Origin: Actinomycetota bacterium
GTDB taxonomy: Bacteria; Actinomycetota; Acidimicrobiia; Acidimicrobiales; Ilumatobacteraceae
DNA length: 64,000 nt
Reading direction: 5' to 3'
NCBI GenBank assembly: GCA_027592035.1
Contig: JAQCIK010000004.1
Location: forward strand, 46,509-110,508
Positions within the stretch are counted from its first letter, which is position 1. Every line of letters begins with the position of its first letter. A program made the position numbers and the translations under genes. Shown one piece after another: positions 1 through 9,506 of the stretch. The notes under the pieces were generated by a model. That model was not told where the DNA came from and did not search any database. It saw only the letters and a list, made by a program, of their open reading frames with translations.

Positions 1-645
1 TGGAGACGCCGTGGAGATCTCGACGTCTCGGCCGGCCGCGCCAACGACGGGGCGCAGTCGTTCCCGAAGGAAGCGGGGGTGCGAGTTGGTGGGGTGGGTC
101 ACCAGCCCGTCGGCGACATCGGCCGCGAGTTCGATGGCTCGATCGTTGATGCCCCCGAGCCAGAGTCGAGGGCCGGAGTGAGGTAGGGGCCCGGGGTTGA
201 AGAAAGGTTGCAGTCGAGTGACCGAGTAATTCGGGTTCTCGACACGAAGGGCTTCGCCGGTCGAGAACGAATGCCATGCGGCCCGAACGACGGCGACGTA
301 GTCGCGCATCCACGGGATGGGGCGACGCCACGGCACTCCGAAACGACCTTCGACGTTCTGTCGAATCTGTGAGCCGAGTCCGAGGTGGAAGCGTCCACCC
401 GACATGCGTGACAGGTCCCAGGCCTGCAACGCCACGAGCATCGGGCTGCGCGGAAACGCAAGGGTCAGGCTGGTCTGAACCCGTAGCTCGCTCGTGTGCT
501 CGAGCGCGAGCAAGGCGACACTGAACGAGTCGTGGATGGTTTCGGGCACGTGGAGGACGTCGAAGCCGAGTGCCTCGACCCGTCGTGCGTAAGCGCCCGT
601 CTCTTCGAGAGGGAGACGATCACTCATGCCAGCGATGACTTTCAC
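1..645 (-). CDS. LLM-class (luciferase-like) F420-dependent oxidoreductase, partial; C-terminus lies beyond the left window edge
   Basis: Absent from the ORF track (no stop inside the window). My minus-strand translation from GTG at 645-643 gives VKVIAGMSDRLPLEETGAYARRVEALGFDVLHVPETIHDSF...SGGRFHLGLGSQIRQNVEGRFGVPWRRPIPWMRDYV...LWLGGINDRAIELAADVADGLVTHP and stays open to nt 1. This is a luciferase-like/F420 oxidoreductase-type sequence. The 99..461 minus ORF in the track is a different, R/S/C-rich frame. Confidence 0.6.
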   Translation of the reverse strand, partial: MKVIAGMSDRLPLEETGAYARRVEALGFDVLHVPETIHDSFSVALLALEHTSELRVQTSLTLAFPRSPMLVALQAWDLSRMSGGRFHLGLGSQIRQNVEGRFGVPWRRPIPWMRDYVAVVRAAWHSFSTGEALRVENPNYSVTRLQPFFNPGPLPHSGPRLWLGGINDRAIELAADVADGLVTHPTNSHPRFLRERLRPVVGAAGRDVEISTASP

Positions 646-732
646 GTCGACAGGGTAGTGAACCGAGTCGGGTGCTCATCCATTCGAACATTGCGATCGT
701 CGGACATTGACACGTGGTCTAGAGTTCGCCGC

Positions 733-1887
733 ATGACCGAGTCGACGGTTCATGTGGCTCGCCGAGGAGATCTACCTCAACGGGCGGGAGTTGGAATTCC
801 GACGACACCGGGTTACGGCCCGTCGGTGATGGACGCGAGTGTGTATCGGGACCCCGCACGATTCGAGCGGGAGCGTGAGAACGTGTTGGCGACTCACTGG
901 CTGATCGCCGGCCGGGTCGAGCAAGTTCCGAGTGCGGGAGATTGGCTGACCTACGAGGGGCACGGGGAGTCGGTCGTGGTCGTACGGCAGACCGACGGCT
1001 CGTTCGCCGCGTTTCACAACGTCTGCCGTCACCGCGGGCCGGCATTCGTCGGAGATCGAAACGGGTGTGGTGCGCGTCGCTTCACGTGCCCGTATCACGG
1101 GTGGGTGTACGACACGAAAGGGCGCCTCGTCGGAGTTCCCGAACGTGAGGATTTTGATCCGGTCCATCTCGATACCGGAGCCGTCCCCGTGGCTGTCGAC
1201 GTGTGGGGTGGCTGGATTTGGATCAACATGTCGGGTCCGGATGTCGCCGGTGGGTTGATCGAAGCGATCGGGCCTGAGATCACCGCCGATCTCGGCGCTT
1301 TCAAGATGGAGGACATGGTCGTTCACGAAGTCGTGGAATACGACGTGCCCGTGAGCTACAAGGCCATCGTCGACGGATTCAACGAGATCTACCACGTGAC
1401 CGAATTGCACCATGTTCCGCCCGAGTTCACCAAGGCCGCTCGTTCGGCAACGTTCCACCTCGTCGGCGACAACTACATGTGCTTCGTGCCCCGTGTCGAA
1501 CACGTCGACAAGCTGGCGAGCGAGGACTACGACCATCACCGATTTGCGATCTGTCATTACGTGGTGTTTCCGAACACGGTGTTCAACTGCAATCCCGAGC
1601 ACATTCAGGTTTTTCAGCCGATTCCCGTCGGTGTCGATCGAACTCGTTTCCTGTGCTGGGAAATCATCTACCCCGGTGATCTTGGTGACCCCGAATACCG
1701 CCGTTACTTCGACAAGACCATGGCTCACTGGACCGAACTGAAGCGCGTGGTGGGTGAGGACATCGCTATTTACGACCAGATGGAGCGCACGAAGAACTCG
1801 CGGGCATTCACGCAGCAGATCCTGTCGTCGCGCGAGTTCAAGATCGCTCACTATCACGAACAGATGGCGCGCAAGACCGACATCTGA
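733..1887 (+). CDS. Rieske [2Fe-2S] aromatic-ring-hydroxylating oxygenase, alpha subunit-like
   Basis: Rieske motif CRHRG...CPYHGW in the 496..1887 ORF, followed by a catalytic-domain-like C-terminus. The part of the track ORF upstream of 733 overlaps the divergent LLM gene region. ATG at 733 chosen; ATG at 829 (MDASVYRDPARFERE) is an alternative. Confidence 0.8.
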   Translation: MTESTVHVARRGDLPQRAGVGIPTTPGYGPSVMDASVYRDPARFERERENVLATHWLIAGRVEQVPSAGDWLTYEGHGESVVVVRQTDGSFAAFHNVCRHRGPAFVGDRNGCGARRFTCPYHGWVYDTKGRLVGVPEREDFDPVHLDTGAVPVAVDVWGGWIWINMSGPDVAGGLIEAIGPEITADLGAFKMEDMVVHEVVEYDVPVSYKAIVDGFNEIYHVTELHHVPPEFTKAARSATFHLVGDNYMCFVPRVEHVDKLASEDYDHHRFAICHYVVFPNTVFNCNPEHIQVFQPIPVGVDRTRFLCWEIIYPGDLGDPEYRRYFDKTMAHWTELKRVVGEDIAIYDQMERTKNSRAFTQQILSSREFKIAHYHEQMARKTDI

Positions 1888-1953
1888 CCAGGTCAGAGCC
1901 GAATTGTCGGCATCTTCTCAAGTGTTGCGGGGTTCCAATCGATACCCATCCCC

Positions 1954-3063
1954 ATGAAGACGCTGACCAATCATCTGAAGCGAACGATCCTGGCCTCGTT
2001 GTGTGCCGCCACCGTTCTCGGCGTCGTGGGAGTGCCCGGTGCCAGTGCTCGATCGTCGCAACAGGTCGCCGGAACCTACGTCGTGAAGCCCGGTGAGTGG
2101 CTGTCGCGTATTGCAGCGAAGAACGGCGTTCGCTACGCAGATCTGTTGGCGGTGAATGGTTTCACGATGTCGACGGTGATTCATCCGGGGCAGACGATCA
2201 CGTTGCCGGGTGCTGCGTCGTCGCAGTCAGCGAATTCGTCATCGGTGTCGCAGTCGTCGTCGGTGTCGCGGTCGGTTGCGGCTGGTGGTTCGTACACGGT
2301 GAAGTCGGGTGACTTCTTCTCTCGTATCGCGTCGCGAAACGGTGTGTCGGTTCGGGATCTGTTGGCGGTCAACGGTTTCTCGGCGTCGACGGTGATTCTT
2401 CCGGGGCAGACGATCAAGTTGCCGGCCTCGGCTGCGTCGTCATCGGTGTCGCAGCCGTCGTCGCAGTCGTCGTCGGTGTCGCGGTCGGTTGCGGCTGGTG
2501 GTTCGTACACCGTGAAGTCGGGTGACTTCTTCTCTCGTATCGCGTCGCGAAACGGTGTGTCGGTCCGGGATCTCTTGGCGGTGAATGGTTTCACGATGTC
2601 GACGGTCATCTACCCGGGACAGACGATCACGTTGCCGGCCTCGGCAACGTCGGTGTCGACGACACCCGTCCTGTCGGCCGCAGCGATCAAGGTCAACAAG
2701 GTTCTCGATTTCGCCAAGGCGCAGCTGGGCAAGCCCTACGAGTTCGGTGCCGTTGGGCCCGACTCTTACGACTGCTCCGGTCTGGTGCGGGCAGCCTTTC
2801 GTCAGGTCGGCATCTCGTTGCCTCACAGCAGCTATTGGCAGTCGTTCCGAGGTGCCGCCGTCGATTGGCGTAGCGAGGCGATCCGGCCGGGTGACCTCGT
2901 CTTCACCTTCTCGTCGCTGAATCGGACCCAGATCAGCCACGTGGGCATCGCCATCAGCGATAGTCAGTGGATCGAGGCCCCCTACACCGGGGCCAACGTG
3001 CGGATCGCTCGGATGCCGAGCGACTCTCGGATCCAAGAAGTACGTCGAATCATCGCTGACTGA
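1954..3063 (+). CDS. Secreted peptidoglycan hydrolase: signal peptide, three LysM modules, C-terminal NlpC/P60 domain
   Basis: N-terminal MKTLTNHLKRTILASLCAATVLGVVGVPGASA. Three YxVKxGxxxSRIAxxNGV...LLAVNGF...PGQTIxLP modules separated by Ser-rich linkers. NlpC/P60 motif DCSGLVRAAF...ISHVGIAI. Confidence 0.85.
   Translation: MKTLTNHLKRTILASLCAATVLGVVGVPGASARSSQQVAGTYVVKPGEWLSRIAAKNGVRYADLLAVNGFTMSTVIHPGQTITLPGAASSQSANSSSVSQSSSVSRSVAAGGSYTVKSGDFFSRIASRNGVSVRDLLAVNGFSASTVILPGQTIKLPASAASSSVSQPSSQSSSVSRSVAAGGSYTVKSGDFFSRIASRNGVSVRDLLAVNGFTMSTVIYPGQTITLPASATSVSTTPVLSAAAIKVNKVLDFAKAQLGKPYEFGAVGPDSYDCSGLVRAAFRQVGISLPHSSYWQSFRGAAVDWRSEAIRPGDLVFTFSSLNRTQISHVGIAISDSQWIEAPYTGANVRIARMPSDSRIQEVRRIIAD
2251..2645 (+). 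repeat. 213-nt (71-codon) tandem duplication covering LysM modules 2 and 3 of the hydrolase gene
   Basis: The core from 2251 and the core from 2464 (about 129 nt each) differ at 5 positions by my count. Similarity decays toward 2645. Confidence 0.8.
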
Positions 3064-3127
3064 TCGCTGCTGATCCTCCTCGAGGGGGCTTGTCGAACGA
3101 CCTCACGGAGTGTGACACGCTGTCGGA

Positions 3128-3904
3128 GTGCCGAGCTTTGAGAACCTGCGAGTCGACGAGTCCGGATCGATCGCCACGATCTCGTTGCATCGTCCACATC
3201 GCCTGAACGCCCTTTCCCGCGACCTTCTCGGCGAGATCGTCGATGTGGCTGCGTGGCTTCACGATCGCAACGACCTTCGGGTGGTGATCGTTCGCGGATC
3301 GAATGGAAACTTCTCGGCCGGATTCGATCTGGACGACTTCGTCGCCGACGCTCCGTCGACGTCTCCGCGCGAGTCAGCCGACCTCGGGCGGCGGGCGACC
3401 GAAGCATTAGCGCGTGTTCCACAGATCACGATCGCCGCTGTCGACGGGCACTGCATCGGTGGGGGACTCGTCTTGGTCAGTGCATGCGATCTTCGATACG
3501 CGTCCGAGACGGCGCGCTTTCGAATACCCGAAGTCGATCTCGGCATTCCGCTCGCCTGGGGAGGAATTCCGCGACTCGTACGTGAGATCGGCCCGGCGCT
3601 CACCAAGGAGTTGGTTCTGACCTGTCGTCTGTTCGACGCGCTCGAAGCAATGTCCATCGGATTCCTGAACGGTGTCGTCCAGGCGGAAGATTTGACGAAC
3701 CACGTCGAGGCAGTGGCTCAGTCCCTCGCGTCGAAACCGCTGTATGCATTGCGTACGACCAAGAACCAGGTCGAGGCGGTGATGGACGAAATCGCTTCGA
3801 CGGCCCACAGCACGACTGATGCCGATGTGCTGGCCTATGCACTTCGAGATCCCGAGAGCCGTGAGGTGTCCAAGCGATACCTCGCCGAGAGGAGAAACAC
3901 ATGA
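3128..3904 (+). CDS. Enoyl-CoA hydratase/isomerase (crotonase) family protein
   Basis: IATISLHRPHRLNAL...FSAGFDL...AAVDGHCIGGGLVLVSACDLRYA, a crotonase-fold signature. GTG start. Confidence 0.8.
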   Translation: MPSFENLRVDESGSIATISLHRPHRLNALSRDLLGEIVDVAAWLHDRNDLRVVIVRGSNGNFSAGFDLDDFVADAPSTSPRESADLGRRATEALARVPQITIAAVDGHCIGGGLVLVSACDLRYASETARFRIPEVDLGIPLAWGGIPRLVREIGPALTKELVLTCRLFDALEAMSIGFLNGVVQAEDLTNHVEAVAQSLASKPLYALRTTKNQVEAVMDEIASTAHSTTDADVLAYALRDPESREVSKRYLAERRNT

Positions 3905-4860
3905 CTCATCGCGTCGACGAATTCGTCAGTCGGTTCGTGTCATCGATGGACGACGTGAATTCGATCCATCGTTCAGTGACTCAGTCGTGTGGTCTGTCGC
4001 CGCACGAGATGCACGAGGCTCTCACTCACGCTCGCTTCTCTGACGATCGCGCCTATGGCATCCAGCTGATGGCTGACTTCATGAATCCTGATGATTCGCG
4101 GTACTTCGATGCGATCTACGGTTCGTTCTACGGGCAGGCCGACATTCGCGCCTGGCTCGTCCCCACGATGTCGTCGATCGATTTCATCGATTTTCGCCCG
4201 TTGGGAGACGTCGTGTTCCTCGACGACGGGGTCGGAACGACCACGGTCGACGAATGGCAAATGTTCATGGGTGATATTCCGTTGTCGAAAGGTGTCTCGG
4301 TGCGCCGATTCCGGGACGGGTGGATCACGTGGGCTTGCGATGTGTACGACACATCGCTGTTCAGAGCGCCCGGTCCAGATGGCGAGACTGCTCCCTTGCC
4401 GGCCCCTCCGTCGCCTGGAGAATGGACGATGGACCCATCAGCTCCGGTGGTGGCGGCCAAGGACGTCGATTTCGATGCCGACTCCGATCAGTTCCACGAG
4501 ACGGATTCGGTGTACGTCGATCCCATTTTCGGAGAGTTCCGTGGTCGAGAAGAGATTCGCGCCTGGATGGTCGACGTCATGGGGAAAGTCGGGAACATCG
4601 AATTCGTGCCGGTCGGCCCGGAACTGAACGATGGTTCGACCTACCTGCAGGAATGGGTTCAGATGGCGGTGACTCCTGATGGAGGACGAGTTCCGATGAC
4701 TCGAGGAACGAGTGTCCGTCGGTACCGAGACGGATGGACCGTGCACGCGGCCGACTACTTCGACACCGCCACGATCCTGGCGCCCGAGGTGATCGCCGCC
4801 AGTGTGGCGTGCGGTTCGACACTCACCGCCGACGACATCGCCCGCTACCGCAACCGCTGA
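3901..4860 (+). CDS. Hypothetical protein with two tandem NTF2/SnoaL-like halves
   Basis: Internal duplication: ...DIRAWLVPTMSSIDFIDFRPLG...VSVRRFRDGWITWACDVYD and ...EIRAWMVDVMGKVGNIEFVPVG...TSVRRYRDGWTVHAADYFD. ATGA start/stop overlap with the crotonase gene. Confidence 0.55.
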   Translation: MTHRVDEFVSRFVSSMDDVNSIHRSVTQSCGLSPHEMHEALTHARFSDDRAYGIQLMADFMNPDDSRYFDAIYGSFYGQADIRAWLVPTMSSIDFIDFRPLGDVVFLDDGVGTTTVDEWQMFMGDIPLSKGVSVRRFRDGWITWACDVYDTSLFRAPGPDGETAPLPAPPSPGEWTMDPSAPVVAAKDVDFDADSDQFHETDSVYVDPIFGEFRGREEIRAWMVDVMGKVGNIEFVPVGPELNDGSTYLQEWVQMAVTPDGGRVPMTRGTSVRRYRDGWTVHAADYFDTATILAPEVIAASVACGSTLTADDIARYRNR

Positions 4861-4933
4861 GATTCGACCCGACTCGAGGCGATTCGGAGACGTCCCGTCG
4901 GGTTACTCTGGGGCCGAGTGCCAAGGGGGAAAC

Positions 4934-6616
4934 ATGGCTCATGAACTCGTCATTCGTCACGGCTCGGTGATCGACGGAACTGGTGCTGCGCCGCTGCGCG
5001 CTGACGTGGCCGTGGACGGGGATCGCATCACGGCGATCGGCGACTTGTCCGGGGTGGAGGCGTCTCGTGAGATCGACGCCACGGGTCACGTCGTCACACC
5101 CGGATTCGTCGATCTGCACACCCACCTCGACGCACAGATCGCGTGGGATCCGATGATGACCTCGTCGTCGTGGCACGGAGTGACCACGGTGCTCATGGGT
5201 AACTGTGGTGTCACGTTCGCACCAGTCGCCCCCGAATCGCGCGGATACCTGGCCGAGCTGATGGAGAGCGTGGAAGACATTCCGCGGGAAGCGATCCTCG
5301 GCGGCCTGCCGTGGGACTGGGAGACGTTTCCGCAGTATCTCGATTCGGTGCAGAAGTTGGGTCCAGCTCTGAACGTGGTGGGAATGGTGGGGCATTGCGC
5401 CGTCCGCTACCACGTGATGGGTGAGCGGTCGATGGCCGAAGACGCCGTGGCGACGCCCGATGAACTGGCGCGCATGCGCGACATCGTTGCTGAATCGGTG
5501 GCCGGGGGCGCAGTCGGATTCTCGACGTCGCGAATTCTTCTCCACACGGTGCCCGACGGCCGCAAGGTGCCGGGCACCTTCGCGTCCATCGAAGAATACG
5601 AAGCGATCGCCGACGGAATGAACGACGGTGGAGGTGGACTGTTTCAAGCCGTGCTCGACTTCGAGACCAAGTTCCAGCACGAAATCGAGTTGCTGCGCGC
5701 CATGGCCCGACGAGGCGGCGACGTGTTGTTCTCGGCCGGTGTGGGCAACGGAACGTCCGACGCCGCCGGATTCTGGGAATCGATGTTCGCCGACATGCGG
5801 GCCAACGACGGAAACGTGTCGGCCATCGCCATGACTCGTCCGAGTGGAAGTCTGATGGGGTTGCATCAGGTTCCGCCGGTGGCGAGCGCCGCTTGGCGTC
5901 GATTGATGGCACTACCCAACCTCGACGAGCGTCTGGCCGTGCTGTCCGACGCCTCGTCGCGACGCGAATTGATCGACGAAGGAAAAGAGCGCGGCACGTG
6001 GTACGACCCGGCCTTGATCTACCCGCTGGGCAGTGGAAGCGTTCCTGAGTATCACGTCGAAGACGACGACTCGCTGGCGGTTCTCGCCGAGCGTGCGGGT
6101 CAACACCCGGTGGAATGGATCGTCGATCGACTGCTCGAGTCCGAAGGTCGGGAATTCTTCAACGTGTGGTTCTTCAACCGCAATCGAGCCAACATCGGCA
6201 AGTTCTTGAATCTCGACGCCGTGTGCCCGGGTCTCGGTGACGCCGGAGCCCACGCCGGACAGATCTGCGATGCCGATGCCCCCACTCACTATCTCTCGTA
6301 CTGGTGTCGGGACCGTGGCATCACCGATCTGCCCGACGCCATCCGCCGTCTGTCGTCGAAACCGGCCGCCGTTCTCGGACTGAAGGATCGAGGAACCTTG
6401 GCCGTCGGCGCCTTCGCCGATCTCAACGTGTTCGACCCGCAGGGGCTGCAGTTCGGATATCCCGAGTACGTCAACGATTTCCCGAACGGTAAGGGTCGCC
6501 TTCGGGTCGGAGCGTCCGGTTACGCGGTCACCTTGGTGAACGGTGAGGTCGTCACCGAACAGGGACGTAACACAGGACGTCGCCCGGGTCGGGTGATTCG
6601 GGAGTTCGCTCGGTGA
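4934..6616 (+). CDS. N-acyl-D-amino-acid deacylase (D-aminoacylase) family amidohydrolase
   Basis: MAHELVIRHGSVIDGTGA...GFVDLHTHLD...NCGVTFAP. Shine-Dalgarno-like AAGGGGGA sits before the ATG at 4934. The track ORF from 4802 is an N-terminal over-extension. Confidence 0.8.
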   Translation: MAHELVIRHGSVIDGTGAAPLRADVAVDGDRITAIGDLSGVEASREIDATGHVVTPGFVDLHTHLDAQIAWDPMMTSSSWHGVTTVLMGNCGVTFAPVAPESRGYLAELMESVEDIPREAILGGLPWDWETFPQYLDSVQKLGPALNVVGMVGHCAVRYHVMGERSMAEDAVATPDELARMRDIVAESVAGGAVGFSTSRILLHTVPDGRKVPGTFASIEEYEAIADGMNDGGGGLFQAVLDFETKFQHEIELLRAMARRGGDVLFSAGVGNGTSDAAGFWESMFADMRANDGNVSAIAMTRPSGSLMGLHQVPPVASAAWRRLMALPNLDERLAVLSDASSRRELIDEGKERGTWYDPALIYPLGSGSVPEYHVEDDDSLAVLAERAGQHPVEWIVDRLLESEGREFFNVWFFNRNRANIGKFLNLDAVCPGLGDAGAHAGQICDADAPTHYLSYWCRDRGITDLPDAIRRLSSKPAAVLGLKDRGTLAVGAFADLNVFDPQGLQFGYPEYVNDFPNGKGRLRVGASGYAVTLVNGEVVTEQGRNTGRRPGRVIREFAR

Positions 6617-7254
6617 CCGTCGCCGAGGGCTCCGTGTCTCGGCGCCGCTCAGCCGCCGAGACGAAGCGCATCGTTCTCGATGCAGCACGTCGTCGTATCG
6701 AGAACGAGGGCGCCGTGAGTCTCAAGATTTCCGACATCGTGCGCGACACGAAGATCGCCGACGTGATCATCTATCGCCATTTCGGAGATCGCCGAGGGGT
6801 CATCATCGAAGCTCTGTGCGAGTTCTGGCTCGAATTCACGCGAGCCAATCTGGACGAGGCGCGTCGAGTGGTGCATCAGGCGCCACCTCGGGGCGTGACG
6901 GGGTCCTTGATGGCGCCTCTTATGGTTCGCCCCGAAGATCCTGTGTACCGGCGTCGCCGATGGTTGCGCATCCAGACACTGGCCGCGGCTCAGGAGTTTC
7001 CCGAGTTGTTGGAACGAATCGCTGTGGAGCAACGGTTGGCGAACGACGAACTCGAGGACCTTCTGGAGGAGATCCGAATCAAGAACGGTCGGGGGCCTCT
7101 ACCGGCGCCGGTGGAGTCGATTCGTGCCGCAATGTTGGGTTCCACCATCGGATACGTCCTCGACGACGCGGCCGGACCGTCGTTGACCGACGAGATGCAG
7201 ATCAGGTTTTGGTCACACTTCTTCGTGAGCATGGGTCTGGCTGTTCCCGACTGA
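6613..7254 (+). CDS. TetR family transcriptional regulator
   Basis: N-terminal HTH region ETKRIVLDAARRRIENEGAVSLKISDIVRDTKIADVIIYRHFGDRRG. GTGA overlap with the D-aminoacylase stop. Confidence 0.75.
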   Translation: MTVAEGSVSRRRSAAETKRIVLDAARRRIENEGAVSLKISDIVRDTKIADVIIYRHFGDRRGVIIEALCEFWLEFTRANLDEARRVVHQAPPRGVTGSLMAPLMVRPEDPVYRRRRWLRIQTLAAAQEFPELLERIAVEQRLANDELEDLLEEIRIKNGRGPLPAPVESIRAAMLGSTIGYVLDDAAGPSLTDEMQIRFWSHFFVSMGLAVPD

Positions 7255-7331
7255 GTCGCGGCACTGTGGGGCGATATCTCGGGGTCGGTTGACATGTGTC
7301 GTGGTTGACGCCGAGAGGTTTCAGCGATCGC

Positions 7332-8237
7332 TCACGGCAACGTCGTTGTGCCTCCGGGAGTGGGCCGCGGCAATGTGGTGGTTGCACCGGCTCGAGGTCT
7401 CGTTGTCGTCGTCGCCTTGATCGTCGTCGTTGTGGTCGTCGTGCTGGGCGCCGTCGTGGTCGTTGGTGCAAGTGTGGTGGTTCTGCTCGGTGAGCCCGAG
7501 GTTCCGGAGCGAACGGTCGTGGTGGGCTGCGCGAGCGGCGTGTCGGAGTCCGTCATTGTCGTGGTCGACATGGCGGTCGACATGGTGGTTGGCGGCGCGC
7601 AGGGGATGTTCTGATCGAACTTGCGACGGATGAACAAGAGAGCCTTCGATGCGCTCGCCCAGCTGTCCGACTGGCTGAACGCGGTCGCTTGGCTCTGGAC
7701 ATCCCCGCCGGCCAAGACGATGAGCAACGCGAAGGGGCTGAGGCCAGCCAGCCCGAAGTACGCGGTCGACATTCCCTGCATGAATCCTTGGCCGGTCCCG
7801 TCGCAAGTGGTCGGCATGGTCAGATCAGTGAAGTTGTCCGTCGTGCACTTTCGGAAACCGTCCTCGACGACTTCAGCGCCCTTGTCGGACTTGACTCCCC
7901 CGTAGGAACGTTCGGACACCTCGAGACACAGTTCGATGGCGGTGCCGACATCGGTTGCCGTGAGCCGGTTCACCGTGGCTGTGATGTCGGCCGAGTCGAC
8001 GCCGGAGGGGAGAGCCTTGTCGGGGATCTCGACCGAGATCGAGGAGCTCCCCTCGGAGAGAACCGTGAGCCCTTCTCGGCGATCGGCCGAGAGGGTGAAC
8101 GAATCCGAGCGGAGGTCGACGGTCGCGACCGTCGACGACGGTGTCGAGGTGGGAGTCGAGTCCGAGGATCCGCACGCCACAGCAGTCGTGGCGGTCGAGA
8201 GGGCGAGGATCAGGGCGAGTGGGGCGCGTCTGCTCAT
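7332..8237 (-). CDS. Hypothetical lipoprotein with a Thr-rich C-terminal tail
   Basis: MSRRAPLALILALSTATTAVAC|GSS lipobox-like signal. One internal hydrophobic segment (AYFGLAGLSPFALLIVLAGG). The last 89 aa are very Thr/Pro-rich. Confidence 0.6.
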   Translation of the reverse strand: MSRRAPLALILALSTATTAVACGSSDSTPTSTPSSTVATVDLRSDSFTLSADRREGLTVLSEGSSSISVEIPDKALPSGVDSADITATVNRLTATDVGTAIELCLEVSERSYGGVKSDKGAEVVEDGFRKCTTDNFTDLTMPTTCDGTGQGFMQGMSTAYFGLAGLSPFALLIVLAGGDVQSQATAFSQSDSWASASKALLFIRRKFDQNIPCAPPTTMSTAMSTTTMTDSDTPLAQPTTTVRSGTSGSPSRTTTLAPTTTTAPSTTTTTTTIKATTTTRPRAGATTTLPRPTPGGTTTLP

Positions 8238-8361
8238 ACACCGAAAACAGTGGAGTAGCAGCCGATATTTGCGCCTTCTTCCAATTCGGACTCATCGCGC
8301 CAGGACACTGGGCGGAAATGTCATGCCACCATGACGAGAGCTGGAGCACTCGACGAAAACC

Positions 8362-8389
8362 TTGACAGATGTGAAGTGAATCGTGAAAT
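8362..8389 (+). promoter_or_regulatory. Candidate sigma70-type promoter for the CIA30-like gene
   Basis: TTGACA (8362-8367), a 16-nt spacer, then TGAAAT (8384-8389), in the only clearly AT-richer intergenic stretch (8238-8469). Pattern match only. Confidence 0.25.
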
Positions 8390-8469
8390 GTAGTGCACGG
8401 TTTGGCGTGTTGCCTCGGAGTGCAGGAACCTGGTCTCGTCCCCCTCTCCCCGGTAATGAACGAGTCATC

Positions 8470-9248
8470 ATGATCAACAAATTGATCGGCGGAATGACCG
8501 CCCTCGAGGGCGGTCGTTTCGCGTGGCGGTCCGGTCGAGGCCGCCGGATCGTCGCGGCTAGTTGGCTGTACCTGTCGATCCCAACTTTCGTGTTGATCGG
8601 AGGCTGCGCTGGGGGGACTTCCTCCGTGGTCGATGCGCCGACAACGGTCACGCAGCTGTCGGCACCAGAAGACACCCCGTCGTCCGCATCGAACGAGTCG
8701 ACTCCGAGTACGTCGTCGGCGGCGATCGCCACCACGACACTCACTGCGTCGAGCGAACCCCCGATTCGACCCGTGGACGTCTTGTTCGAAGTTTCTCGGG
8801 ATGGGATCGTCGATTGGTTCGTGCAGAACGACACGGTGATGGGAGGGGTGTCGAGCAGTTCGGTGGTAGTCGACGGGCCCGACATGGTGTTCTCCGGCAA
8901 TGTGTCCCTCGACAACAACGGTGGTTTCGCCTCGCTGCGGGGACCGATCATCGACCTTCGTTCCGAACGGAGAGGAAATGCCCTGTCGATCGATGCGACG
9001 GGGGACGGTCGGGTCTACCTGATCCAACTCCGCACTCCGACCGATGCGTACATCATGCGTTACGTTCCGGGCGATGGTCCGGTGACGTTGCCCCTCTCCG
9101 ACTTCACCGCCGCCAGTTGGCGCCTCGATCCCATCCCGGCAATTACGCCACTGACTCCGGGTTCGATCGGTCAGATCGCGATCTACGTGCTCGACAAACA
9201 AGTCGGAGAGTTCGTCTTGCGGGTGCGTTCGATTTCGCTCGTCGAAGA

Positions 9249-9252
<4 letters not shown>
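8470..9252 (+). CDS. CIA30 (complex I intermediate-associated protein 30)-like domain lipoprotein
   Basis: WFVQNDTVMGGVSSS...SGNVSLDNNGGFASLRG is a CIA30-type motif. N-terminus ...RRIVAASWLYLSIPTFVLIGGC|AG is lipobox-like. ATG at 8470 chosen; the track start at 8383 is a probable over-extension. Confidence 0.7.
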
Positions 9253-9458
<206 letters not shown>

Positions 9459-9506
9459 AAGGGACCCTCAGGCTAGCGATCGAGCGGGGCGATCGGCACG
9501 GTTCGA

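Noticed and set aside
1888-1953. c-di-AMP (ydaO-type) riboswitch upstream of the NlpC/P60 hydrolase
   Set aside because: The gap is only 66 nt, too short for that element. I could not recognise its conserved motifs.
7348-7614. Plus-strand 88-aa Val/Gly-rich ORF
   Set aside because: It is the mirror image of the Thr-rich tail of the minus-strand lipoprotein gene. It has no start context and no independent support.
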